A stretch of DNA of 24,000 bases. Origin: an uncultured Gammaproteobacteria bacterium. GTDB taxonomy: Bacteria; Pseudomonadota; Gammaproteobacteria; Thiohalobacterales; Thiohalobacteraceae. The notes under the pieces are model-generated. The model was not told where the DNA came from. It saw only the letters and a list, made by a program, of their open reading frames with translations, and searched no databases. The translations under genes were made by a program, and so were the position numbers. The stretch covers positions 341,632 to 365,631 of the forward strand of contig CAVTTB010000008.1 of NCBI GenBank assembly GCA_963737555.1, written 5' to 3'. Shown piece by piece: positions 1 through 8,194 of this stretch (position 1 is the stretch's first letter; each line of letters opens with the position of its first letter).

Positions 1-777
1 CGGGCAGTGCGGACTTCAATTACGGTGGCGCCGTCCTTGCCATTTTCTTCGCCGCGCTGCTGTGCGAGTTCGTCGACTCCAGTCTCGGCATGGGCTATGG
101 CACCACCCTCACGCCGCTGCTGTTGTTGTTCGGTTACGAGCCGTTGCAGATCGTGCCTGCGGTGCTGCTGAGCGAATTGATCACCGGCCTGGCCGCCGGC
201 GCCATGCACCAACGCGACGGCAACGTGGATTTCTTCCACGATGCCGCCGCGCGGCGCACCACGCTGTTGCTCGCATCGCTGAGCGCGGTCGGCGCGCTGG
301 CGGCGGTGGCGCTGGCCATCCAGATATCCAAATTCTGGTTGGGGATGTTCATCACCGGCATCGTCATATCCATGGGCGTGGTGATACTTGCCACGCGCCA
401 TCGGCAACTGCGTTACCGCACGGGCGGCATCGTCGCCATCGGCGCGGTGGCCGCGTTCAACAAAGGTTTGTCCGGCGGCGGCTACGGGCCGCTGGTGACC
501 GCGGGTCAAGTGGTGTCGGGATTGCCGGCCAAGCGCGCCGTTGCCGTGACCTCGGTGGCGGAGTCGGTGACCTGTCTGGTCGGTTTGCTCGGTTATCTCG
601 CTCGTCGGCAAAACCCTGGCGTGGGACCTTGCCGTGCCACTGACGATGGGCGCGTTGCTGTCGGTACCCATGGCCACCGTCACGATCCGTCATCTTCCCG
701 AGCATGTCGTGCGCGGCCTGGTCGGTACAGTCACGGTGGTGCTGGGTGTGGTGGCGTTGTTGAAACTGGTCAGTTAA
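1..777 (+). CDS. TauE/SafE-family anion (sulfite-exporter-like) membrane protein. The 5' end is cut by the window edge, and there is an apparent +1 frameshift near nt 598-607.
   Basis: From nt 3, the frame of ORF 90..989 reads ...AIFFAALLCEFVDSSLGMGYGTTLTPLLLLFGYEPLQIVPAVLLSELITG..., a hydrophobic multi-TM sequence. After about nt 600 this frame becomes Arg/Gly/Pro-rich nonsense. The next frame then reads GKTLAWDLAVPLTMGALLSVPMATVTIRHLPEHVVRGLVGTVTVVLGVVALLKLVS and stops at TAA 775-777. Confidence 0.6.
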
Positions 778-829
778 ATCGAATATCTAATCTAAGCGAA
801 TATATTTCTGGAAGAGAGGAGTCAGCACG

Positions 830-1501
830 ATGGACGCACTATGGGCAACCAATATCACCTGGCACGAAGGGCACGTCAAACGCGAGGATCGCGAGCAACT
901 GCTCGCCCAGACCGGCGCGACCGTCTGGTTCACCGGACTCAGCGGCTCCGGCAAGAGCACCATCGCCTTCACGCTCGAACACGCGTTGATCGAACGCGGT
1001 CGTCTGGCCTATGTGCTCGACGGCGACAATATCCGTCACGGCCTGAACAAGAACCTGGGCTTCAGCGCCGTCGATCGCGAAGAGAATATCCGTCGCATCG
1101 GCGAAGTCGCCAGACTGTTCGCGGATACCGGCGTGATCGCACTCACCAGCTTCATCAGCCCGTACCGCCAGGACCGCGATCTGGTGCGCCAGATGCATCG
1201 GCAGGACGGACTGCCCTTCATCGAAGTGCTGGTCGATGTCCCCATCGAGATCTGCGAAACGCGCGATCCCAAAGGCTTGTACAAAAAGGCGCGCGCCGCC
1301 TTGGCCGAAGGCAAGGGTATGGGCTTCACCGGCGTGGACGATCCGTACGAGCAGCCGCTGTCGGCCGAGATCGTCATCCGCAATGATCGGACCACGCCTC
1401 AGGAGGCCGCCGCGCAAGTGATCGCGTATATGGAGTCGCGGGGCATGTTGCCCGCCGTGTCGCGCGGCTTGGATACACCCAGAAGACACCAGAGCGTGTA
1501 G
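830..1501 (+). CDS. cysC: Adenylyl-sulfate (APS) kinase
   Basis: 223-aa ORF with P-loop GLSGSGKST and the motifs YVLDGDNIRHGLNKNLGFS, DREENIRRIGEVA, ISPYRQDR and DPKGLYKKAR. GAGGAG Shine-Dalgarno sequence a few nt upstream of the ATG. Confidence 0.93.
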   Translation: MDALWATNITWHEGHVKREDREQLLAQTGATVWFTGLSGSGKSTIAFTLEHALIERGRLAYVLDGDNIRHGLNKNLGFSAVDREENIRRIGEVARLFADTGVIALTSFISPYRQDRDLVRQMHRQDGLPFIEVLVDVPIEICETRDPKGLYKKARAALAEGKGMGFTGVDDPYEQPLSAEIVIRNDRTTPQEAAAQVIAYMESRGMLPAVSRGLDTPRRHQSV

Positions 1502-1570
1502 TAACAGTTATGCATAAAAGCCGGGGGGCAGTCGGAGATCAATATGATCGGCTGAGATGCTCCCCGTTTC

Positions 1571-1604
1571 ACCGGCACCGTCAGAGTCAGATGACGGTGC
1601 CGGT
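1571..1604 (+). terminator. Perfect 13-bp stem / 8-nt loop hairpin downstream of cysC. Candidate terminator or regulatory structure; no U-tract follows.
   Basis: ACCGGCACCGTCA (1571-1583), loop gagtcaga, TGACGGTGCCGGT (1592-1604). The arms are exact reverse complements. Confidence 0.35.
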
Positions 1605-1605
1605 C

Positions 1606-1652
1606 AGTCCGCATTATCCGGACTGGACGTCCTCGCTGCAGTTCATTATAAG
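1606..1652 (+). promoter_or_regulatory. Candidate promoter region for the LCIB-like gene: an inverted repeat abutting sigma70-like -35/-10 hexamers.
   Basis: Inverted repeat AGTCCG-N7-CGGACT at 1606-1624. It is followed by TGGACG (1624-1629), 17 nt, then TATAAG (1647-1652). A GAGGGGG ribosome-binding site lies just upstream of ATG 1684. Motif-level reading only. Confidence 0.25.
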
Positions 1653-1683
1653 TATCGCATAACAAAAGCGAGGGGGTTGAGTC

Positions 1684-2839
1684 ATGTATTCCAACAGTAT
1701 CAATACGCGTTCCATGCTCGCCGATTATCATATCGAGGGCATGATGCTGCGTTATAGCGTATTCATCCCCAAACTCTATAACTTCTGTAAGTCGCTCGGT
1801 TTCGAGCCGGGGCGCATCATGCCGTCGCGCGCCTTCTGTTCCGATGAAAGTCAGGGCTTCCCGATCATCCTGATCACCAAGCACTTTGGAACCTTCCCGT
1901 TCAATCATGGCCAAGTGGGTGGCGTCATCGCCACCGATCGTCACGGTCCGCATGCGGAACATGGCAAGGATATGGTGATCATCCAGGCCAGCCATGTCGG
2001 CTATGATCCGGAAACGAAAACCTTCGGCACTTATCGGCGTCTGCAATGCGAGCAACATGATATGTCCGCCAATTGCGGCAAGATCGTGGCCGTGTTGGAC
2101 TGGTACCAGCAGGAGTATCGCTTCGCGCAGGAAAATATTTATCTTGAATCCCATGACGGGGGGTTCTATCTGATCATCGACAATCAGCTGCTCAACAATT
2201 CCCGACCCGAAGGTCTGTTCCTGAATATCGAGCGCATGGTGCAGCCGGACCTGGACGGCACCTTGCGCCCGACGCAATCCTTCAGCACCTCCAAATGCTA
2301 TCCCGCGTCCACTCAATTGAAGGAGCTGTTCGGCGTGGATGCCTGGCAGAAAAATGCCCGCACGGAGATCGGCGCGCATTTGCTGCCGGAGTTGTTCTGG
2401 TTCAAGCGTGAAGTAACGGGTGACGAGGAGGGCAAGGAACATCTGGAGCGTAATCTTCTCAAGCCGATGCCGTGGATCGTGACATCCGTTGCGCCGTTGC
2501 TGACGGCGGCTCAGGTCAATACGCAGGTCGAGTTCGATCGCACCTTCCGCACCATCGTCAAAGACCACAGTTATCGCGGCAAGAACGTGGTCTATCTGGC
2601 CGGACTCAATATCGACATCTCGCCGCAGCCCGGTCAATTGTTTCCGCTTGACCAAGTTCGTGCCGTGGGCGGCCTATATACAAGAGGCCAATGGCCACCA
2701 TTACACGCTGGAACAGGCGGAGCTGATGGACCGGCTCAAGGCGCAGAGCGACGAAAATCCTGATCAGATCGATCTGGAAAAGGCCATTACCGAAATGCGC
2801 CTGGCCGAGGAGATTCGCATCGCGCTGGCAGCGCCTTAG
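1684..2839 (+). CDS. LCIB-family-like / beta-carbonic-anhydrase-fold candidate protein (~384 aa). Apparent +1 frameshift near nt 2640-2651.
   Basis: ORF 1684..2763 continues in the next frame as ORF 2648..2839: ...ISPQPGQLFPL|TKFVPWAAYIQEANGHHYTLEQAELMDRL...AAP*. The candidate Zn site is FCSDESQG (Cys52-x-Asp54, nt 1837-1845), ASHVGYD (His104, nt 1993-1995) and ANCGK (Cys131, nt 2074-2076). This order and spacing match what I recall for the Cys/His/Cys site of LCIB-family proteins. The family assignment is from memory and has not been searched. Confidence 0.55.
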
Positions 2840-2860
2840 GCGCGTATGCGGTGCGTCCGT

Positions 2861-2908
2861 GTTCGAGATGTTGCGCATTGCATCTGTTCGCGATGTTGCG
2901 CATTGCAT
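2861..2908. repeat. Tandem direct repeat, 2 x 23 bp with 1 mismatch, in the spacer between the LCIB-like gene and the hyfB-like gene.
   Basis: GTTCGAGATGTTGCGCATTGCAT (2861-2883), ct, GTTCGCGATGTTGCGCATTGCAT (2886-2908), followed by a T6 run. Each unit contains the TGCGCA palindrome. Confidence 0.85.
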
Positions 2909-3033
2909 TTTTTAGCGATCCTGCGAGGGGTGATCTGAATAGACTGATGTGGCATAAATCCGTACAATCGCGGCTTCATCGCGTGTCCCCAGAAGTCAAT
3001 AATATCTTACCAAATTATCATCAGGATAATTAC

Positions 3034-5058
3034 GTGCCGCTGGCCTTAGTCGAATTTGCCGTTGCCGCCGCGCTCTGCTCCGGGCTGCTCGCGCTGGTCC
3101 TGTACCGGTTCACCTCATTACAAAAGTATGTTGCCTTCGGCTTGCTTGGCATCTCGGGTTTGTCTGCCCTGCTCGGCGGCATTCAGGTCCTGCTCGCCAA
3201 ATCGGTGCTGGTCGATGTCCTCATGATCGGTCTGCCGTGGCTGCACTGGCATCTGCGGCTGGATCCGCTGTCCGGTTTTTTCCTCGCCATCATCGGCATC
3301 GTCACGGTGGCCGTGTCCATCTATGGTCCCGCCTATGTGCGTGAATATGAGCACGGCAAACAGCCGCTGGCGGTACTGTCTTTGTTCACCGGGTTGTTTA
3401 TCGCCGGCATGATGCTGGTGGTGTTGGCCGATGACGCGTACGCGTTCATGGTCGCCTGGGAATTGATGTCGCTGTCGAGTTACTTCCTGGTGTCCTATCA
3501 ACACCAGCACGCGGCCAACCGGCGTGCTGCCTACCTTTATCTATTGATGGCGCATGTCGGCGGGCTGACCATCATGCTCGGTTTCGGCGTGTTGGCGGCC
3601 TTCGGCGGCGGCTTGACCTTCGACATCATGCGCAGCGCCGAGCTGTCGCTGTTCTGGTCCTCGACGGCTTTCTGTCTGGCGTTGTTCGGTTTCGGCATGA
3701 AGGCGGGGCTGGTGCCGGTGCACGCGTGGCTGCCCGAGGCGCACCCGGTCGCGCCCTCGCATATCTCGGCGTTGATGAGTGGCGTGATGTTGAAGATCGC
3801 CCTCTATGGTCTGATCCGGTTTAGCTACGATCTGATCGGCGAGGTCCACTGGGGCTGGGGCTTCGGCATGCTGATGCTGGGCGTGGCCTCCGGTCTGCTG
3901 GGCGTGCTGTACGCGATTGTGCAGACCGATCTGAAGCGGCTGCTGGCCTATTCGTCGGTGGAAAATATCGGCATCATTTTTATCGGCCTGGGCCTGTCGA
4001 TGATTTTCGTCGGCTCTGGCCACCAGGAACTGGGTGCGCTGGGCCTGATTGCATCCCTCTATCACATTCTCAATCACGCCTTGTTCAAGAGCCTGTTGTT
4101 CCTCGGCGCGGGTGCCGTGTTGCAAAGCACCCATGAAGGCAATCTGGAACAGATGGGCGGGCTGATTCATCGCATGCCGGTCACGGCCGTGTTGTTCCTG
4201 GTGGGGTGTATCAGTATCGCGGGCCTGCCGCCGTTCAATGGCTTCGTCTCCGAATGGCTGAGTTTCCAGACGGCACTTCAGGCGCCGATTCTGCAAGATG
4301 GCGTGTTGCGCGCCTTCATCCCGGTGGCTGCCGCAGCCTTGGCCTTGACCGGTGCGTTGGCGGCAGCGGCGTTCGTGAAGACCTTCGGCGTGGCATTCCT
4401 GGGTGTGGCGCGCAGCCGGCATGCGCGTCAGGCGCACGAGGTTGCGCGCAGCATGCAGGTCGGCATGGGACTGTTGGCGGCGCTGTGTCTGCTGTTCGGT
4501 ATCTTCCCCACGACCACCATCGGCGTGATCGATGCCATCCCAGAGTTGTTATTCAATAAGGGTCTGCCCAGCGCGTCCGCCGAAGGCTGGCTGTGGCTGA
4601 CGCCGATCGCACCGGAAGTTTCTTCCTACTCCGCACCGTTGGTCTTGATCGGTATCGCCCTGGCGTGGGGGCTCGGTTATGCGTTGCTGCACCCGCGTCG
4701 ACGCGAGCACCCGGTGCGGCGCAGCGCGCCTTGGGATTGCGGCTTCGGTCCGGTCAACCCGCGCATGCAATACACCTCGACCGCGTTCTCGATGCCGATT
4801 CGACGCATCTTCAAGCCGGTCTGGGATGTGCAAGAGCCGGTCGAGGAAACCCGCGATGCCAAACAGCCGCTGTTGCTGACCGGCATCCGCCACCAGATGC
4901 AGATCGGTGATCGCTCCTGGCCGGTCCTGTATGAACCTATTGCCCATTGGGTGCTGGTCGCGGCGCGCAAGATCGGCGGCATCCAGACCGGCAGTATCCG
5001 TACCTATCTGGCCTATTCGTTCTTCACGTTGCTGGTGTTGTTATGGCTGATTACCTAA
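3034..5058 (+). CDS. hyfB: Hydrogenase-4 subunit B-like, NuoL/antiporter-like membrane subunit (Ehr-type complex)
   Basis: 674 aa from GTG 3034, with AGGA 7 nt upstream. The ORF-track start at 2851 would translate the tandem repeat. Motifs: WELMSLSSYFLV, GLVPVHAWLPEAHPVAPSHISALMSGVMLKIALYG, LLAYSSVENIGII and a C-terminal PWDCGFG domain. The length matches HyfB-type proteins. Confidence 0.88.
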   Translation: MPLALVEFAVAAALCSGLLALVLYRFTSLQKYVAFGLLGISGLSALLGGIQVLLAKSVLVDVLMIGLPWLHWHLRLDPLSGFFLAIIGIVTVAVSIYGPAYVREYEHGKQPLAVLSLFTGLFIAGMMLVVLADDAYAFMVAWELMSLSSYFLVSYQHQHAANRRAAYLYLLMAHVGGLTIMLGFGVLAAFGGGLTFDIMRSAELSLFWSSTAFCLALFGFGMKAGLVPVHAWLPEAHPVAPSHISALMSGVMLKIALYGLIRFSYDLIGEVHWGWGFGMLMLGVASGLLGVLYAIVQTDLKRLLAYSSVENIGIIFIGLGLSMIFVGSGHQELGALGLIASLYHILNHALFKSLLFLGAGAVLQSTHEGNLEQMGGLIHRMPVTAVLFLVGCISIAGLPPFNGFVSEWLSFQTALQAPILQDGVLRAFIPVAAAALALTGALAAAAFVKTFGVAFLGVARSRHARQAHEVARSMQVGMGLLAALCLLFGIFPTTTIGVIDAIPELLFNKGLPSASAEGWLWLTPIAPEVSSYSAPLVLIGIALAWGLGYALLHPRRREHPVRRSAPWDCGFGPVNPRMQYTSTAFSMPIRRIFKPVWDVQEPVEETRDAKQPLLLTGIRHQMQIGDRSWPVLYEPIAHWVLVAARKIGGIQTGSIRTYLAYSFFTLLVLLWLIT

Positions 5059-5999
5059 ACGCCTGGCTGCTGGCGCTGTTGCAGACGCTGCTGTTCGTCG
5101 CCAGCGCACCGTTGCTGGCGGGTTGGATCAAGGTCGTCAAATGCCGCTTGCAGAACCGCACGGCGCCGTCGCTGTTGCAGCCGTATGCGGATCTGCGCAA
5201 GCTGTTCTCGAAGAATCTGGTGATGGCCGAAAACGCCTCGTGGATCTTCCGCGCCGCCCCCTATATTTTGCTGGGTTCGACCATTCTCGCCGCGGCGGTG
5301 GTCCCGTTGGTCGCCGTGCGACTGCCGACGGCGGCGATCGCCGACGTGATCGTGCTGGTCGGTTTTTTTGCGTTGGGGCGTTTCTTTCTGGCCCTGGCCG
5401 CGATGGATATCGGCACCGCCTTCGGCGGCATGGGCTCGTCGCGTGATATGACCGTCGCCTCGCTGGCGGAGCCGGCGATGCTGATGGCGGTGTTTACCCT
5501 GGCCATGACCGCGAACAGCACCAATCTGTCGACCGCCGTGCAGTTCACGCTGGAAAGTGGTTTGGTGTTGCGACCGTCCTTCATCTTCATCACTGTTGGA
5601 TTGATGATGGTAGCAGTGGCGGAGACCGGCCGTATCCCGATCGACAACCCGACCACCCATCTCGAATTGACCATGCTGCACGAGGCGATGATCCTCGAAT
5701 ACAGCGCCCGTCACTTGGCCTTGATCGAGTGGGCGGCGCAGATCAAGTTCATGGTCTTCGGTGTGTTGATCGCCAATATCTTCCTGCCCTGGGGCATTGC
5801 CACCGAATTCACGCCGCTGGCGCTGGCAACCGGCGCCTTCGCGATTGCACTGAAACTGCTGGTGCTGGTGGTCATACTGGCCATCTCCGAGACCATCGTC
5901 GCCAAGATGCGCCTGTTCAAAGCGCCTGAATATCTCAACATCGCCTATCTGCTGTGCCTGCTCGGCATGCTCAGCCACGTGATTCTGGAAGTGGGTTGA
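5043..5999 (+). CDS. hyfC: HyfC/HycD-like, NuoH-like membrane subunit
   Basis: 318 aa from ATG 5043, overlapping the hyfB stop. Motifs: LLQPYADLRKLF and ETGRIPIDNPTTHLELTMLHEAMILEYS (NuoH/HycD signature). Multi-TM. Confidence 0.88.
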   Translation: MADYLNAWLLALLQTLLFVASAPLLAGWIKVVKCRLQNRTAPSLLQPYADLRKLFSKNLVMAENASWIFRAAPYILLGSTILAAAVVPLVAVRLPTAAIADVIVLVGFFALGRFFLALAAMDIGTAFGGMGSSRDMTVASLAEPAMLMAVFTLAMTANSTNLSTAVQFTLESGLVLRPSFIFITVGLMMVAVAETGRIPIDNPTTHLELTMLHEAMILEYSARHLALIEWAAQIKFMVFGVLIANIFLPWGIATEFTPLALATGAFAIALKLLVLVVILAISETIVAKMRLFKAPEYLNIAYLLCLLGMLSHVILEVG

Positions 6000-6047
6000 G
6001 ACGATGATGCGTATGCAACCGGTCAGATCAGTAAGGCATAACCGTTC

Positions 6048-6728
6048 ATGAATAGCTTCGCGAATCTTAGCCTGTACGAACAGGCCATCATGATGCTGTC
6101 GGCCTTGGTGCTGTTCACCTCGTTCGCACTGCTGGCGCAGTCGCGCATGCTCAATATGATCAATGTGTTCGCTTGGCAGGGCGTGCTGCTGTCGGCCACC
6201 ACGGCGTTGGTCGCCTTGGTCTCCGGCCAGCATCATCTGTATACCTCCGCGCTGCTCACCATGGTGCTCAAGGCCATGTTGATCCCTTATATACTGCGCC
6301 ATCTCGTCATCCGTCTGGACATACACAGGGAAGTGGAGTCGGTGGTGCGCCCGGCCGTGGTGCTCATGTCCGGGGCCTCGCTGGTGGTGTTTTCCTACTG
6401 GGTCGCCTTGCCGATCGTACATTTGTCCACACTCATCACCCGCAACACGATCGCCGTGAGCATCGCCATCGTGCTGTTGGGCATGTTGATGATCATTACC
6501 CGCAGCAAGGCGGTCTCGCAGGTGGTGGGTTTCATGTCCATGGAGAACGGCCTGTTCTTCGCCGCGGTGGTGTCCACCTACGGCATGCCGATGGTGGTTG
6601 AGCTGGGCGTTGCGTTCGACGTGCTGGTGGCCGCCATTCTGTTCGGTGTGTTCTTCTTCCAAATCCGCGCCTCGATCGACTCACTGGACGTGGACCGTCT
6701 CAATCGCCTGACGGAGACGGATAAGTGA
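6048..6728 (+). CDS. hyfE: Hydrogenase-4 component E-like membrane subunit
   Basis: 226 aa, multi-TM. The C-terminal part, VVGFMSMENGLFFAAVV...VELGVAFDVLVAAILFGVFF...LDVDRLNRLTE, parallels E. coli HyfE (…LMENG…VEIGIATD…LDVNNLTALKG). Confidence 0.85.
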   Translation: MNSFANLSLYEQAIMMLSALVLFTSFALLAQSRMLNMINVFAWQGVLLSATTALVALVSGQHHLYTSALLTMVLKAMLIPYILRHLVIRLDIHREVESVVRPAVVLMSGASLVVFSYWVALPIVHLSTLITRNTIAVSIAIVLLGMLMIITRSKAVSQVVGFMSMENGLFFAAVVSTYGMPMVVELGVAFDVLVAAILFGVFFFQIRASIDSLDVDRLNRLTETDK

Positions 6729-8194
6729 ATTTTGCCTTGGAATTTATGCTGGGGTTGCCGCTGTTCGGCGCCATCCTGCTGGGCGCGTTGGGCCACAGCC
6801 GTAAGGCCGGCTGGATAAATATTGGTTTCTGCGCCGCGAGCTTTGTCGCAACCGTGCTGCTGGCCTTGGATGTGCTGGATCATGGCCCGCAGTTATTTCA
6901 TGATCGGCTGTTCTATGTCGACGCCTTCAACGTCTACCTGCTGGTGTTGACCGCGTTTGTCGGCATGACCACGGCGATTTTTTCGCGCCCGTACATGGAA
7001 CATGAGAAACAACGTGGTCGCCTGAACAACCGACGCATGCAGTTGTATCACTCGATGTACCAGGGCTTTCTGTTCGCCATGCTGTTGTGCTTGTCCACCA
7101 ACAATCTGGGCTTGCTGTGGGTGGCGATGGAGGGTGCGACCCTCGCCACGGTGTTATTGGTATCGCTGTACCGCACCCCCGAGGCGGTCGAGGCGGCGTG
7201 GAAATATTTTATCCTCTGCGGCGTCGGTATCGCCCAGGCGCTGTTCGGCACGGTGCTGTTGTTCTTCGCCGCCGAGCGCATCATCGAGCATCGCGACGAC
7301 GCCCTGCTGTGGAATGTATTGCACGAGAATGCGCACCTGATGGACCCGACGGTATTGTCGCTGGCGTTCGTGTTCCTGCTGGTGGGTTACGGTACCAAGG
7401 TGGGTCTGGTGCCCTTGCACAACTGGTTGCCGGATGCGCATTCCGAAGGTCCGACACCGATGTCGGCGGTGCTGTCGGGTCTGCTGTTGAACGTCGCCCT
7501 GTATGCCTTGGTGCGGGTGAAGATGTTGGTCGATGGTTCCTTGGATACCGAACTGGCCGGCCAGCTGATGATGGGTTTCGGCATGGCGTCGTTCCTGGTC
7601 GCGAGTCTGTTCTTGCATCGGCAACGCGACATCAAACGCATGTTCAGTTACTCCTCCATTGAACACATGGGACTGATGACCTTTGCCTTCGGCCTCGGCG
7701 GTCCACTGGCGACCTTCGGCGCGCTGTTGCACATGACCGTGCATTCGCTGACCAAGTCGGCGATCTTCGTCACCGTCGGTCATGCCGCACATATCGCCGG
7801 TACGCAATCCATCGAGAAGATTCGCGGTCTGATCCACACGCAGCCCACGGTCGGCTGGGGCCTGTTGATCGGCACCACGGCCATCGCCGGCTTTCCACCC
7901 TTCGGACTTTTCACCAGCGAGTTCCTGTTGCTCACCGCGACCATGAAGAGCTGGCCCTGGCTGACCTTGCCCCTGCTGGTCGGCCTGGTGGTTGCCTTTG
8001 CCGGCCTGTTCCGGCATCTGCATCCGATGGTTTATGGTGACAAGCCGGAAGGTCAGCTGGCCGTCAAAGCCAATATGTGGCCGGTGGCGATCCACCTGGC
8101 GCTGGTGTTGTGGCTGGGCCTGTCGATTCCTGAGTTCTTATCGCGCTGGTTTGATCAGGCAACGCTGTTGATCTCCGGCAGTTCATGGTTGTGA
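6725..8194 (+). CDS. hyfF: Hydrogenase-4 subunit F-like, NuoN/NuoM antiporter-like membrane subunit
   Basis: 489 aa. GTG 6725 overlaps the hyfE stop. Motifs: GTKVGLVPLHNWLPDAHSEGPTPMSAVLSGLLLNVALYAL, MFSYSSIEHMG and IAGFPPFGLFTSEF. Confidence 0.88.
   Translation: MNFALEFMLGLPLFGAILLGALGHSRKAGWINIGFCAASFVATVLLALDVLDHGPQLFHDRLFYVDAFNVYLLVLTAFVGMTTAIFSRPYMEHEKQRGRLNNRRMQLYHSMYQGFLFAMLLCLSTNNLGLLWVAMEGATLATVLLVSLYRTPEAVEAAWKYFILCGVGIAQALFGTVLLFFAAERIIEHRDDALLWNVLHENAHLMDPTVLSLAFVFLLVGYGTKVGLVPLHNWLPDAHSEGPTPMSAVLSGLLLNVALYALVRVKMLVDGSLDTELAGQLMMGFGMASFLVASLFLHRQRDIKRMFSYSSIEHMGLMTFAFGLGGPLATFGALLHMTVHSLTKSAIFVTVGHAAHIAGTQSIEKIRGLIHTQPTVGWGLLIGTTAIAGFPPFGLFTSEFLLLTATMKSWPWLTLPLLVGLVVAFAGLFRHLHPMVYGDKPEGQLAVKANMWPVAIHLALVLWLGLSIPEFLSRWFDQATLLISGSSWL

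Noticed and set aside
1399-2655. 418-aa minus-strand ORF
   Set aside because: It is antisense to the LCIB-like gene and overlaps the cysC 3' end. It has no family features and no ribosome-binding site, whereas the plus-strand gene has a strong RBS and coherent sequence.
2861-2908. CRISPR-like or minisatellite array
   Set aside because: There are only two copies separated by 2 nt, with no spacers and no cas genes. It is treated as a tandem regulatory or structural repeat.
2851-3033. N-terminal 61-codon extension of the hyfB-like ORF (ORF-track start at 2851)
   Set aside because: It would translate the 23-bp tandem repeat (…CCALHLFAMLRIAFF…) and has no homology to HyfB. GTG 3034, with an AGGA ribosome-binding site, gives a protein of HyfB-like length that starts directly with the first TM helix.
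5055-6662. 535-aa minus-strand ORF (His/Arg/Gln/Gly-rich)
   Set aside because: It is antisense to the well-supported hyfC-like and hyfE-like genes. It has low-complexity composition and no recognisable motifs. Long antisense ORFs of this kind are typical in high-GC DNA.
7154-8095. 313-aa minus-strand ORF. Similar antisense ORFs occur at 3541..4437, 8506..9276, 839..1489, 19504..20127 and 21840..22748.
   Set aside because: All lie fully inside confidently identified genes on the opposite strand and have Arg/His/Gln/Gly-rich composition typical of non-coding frames in GC-rich sequence.
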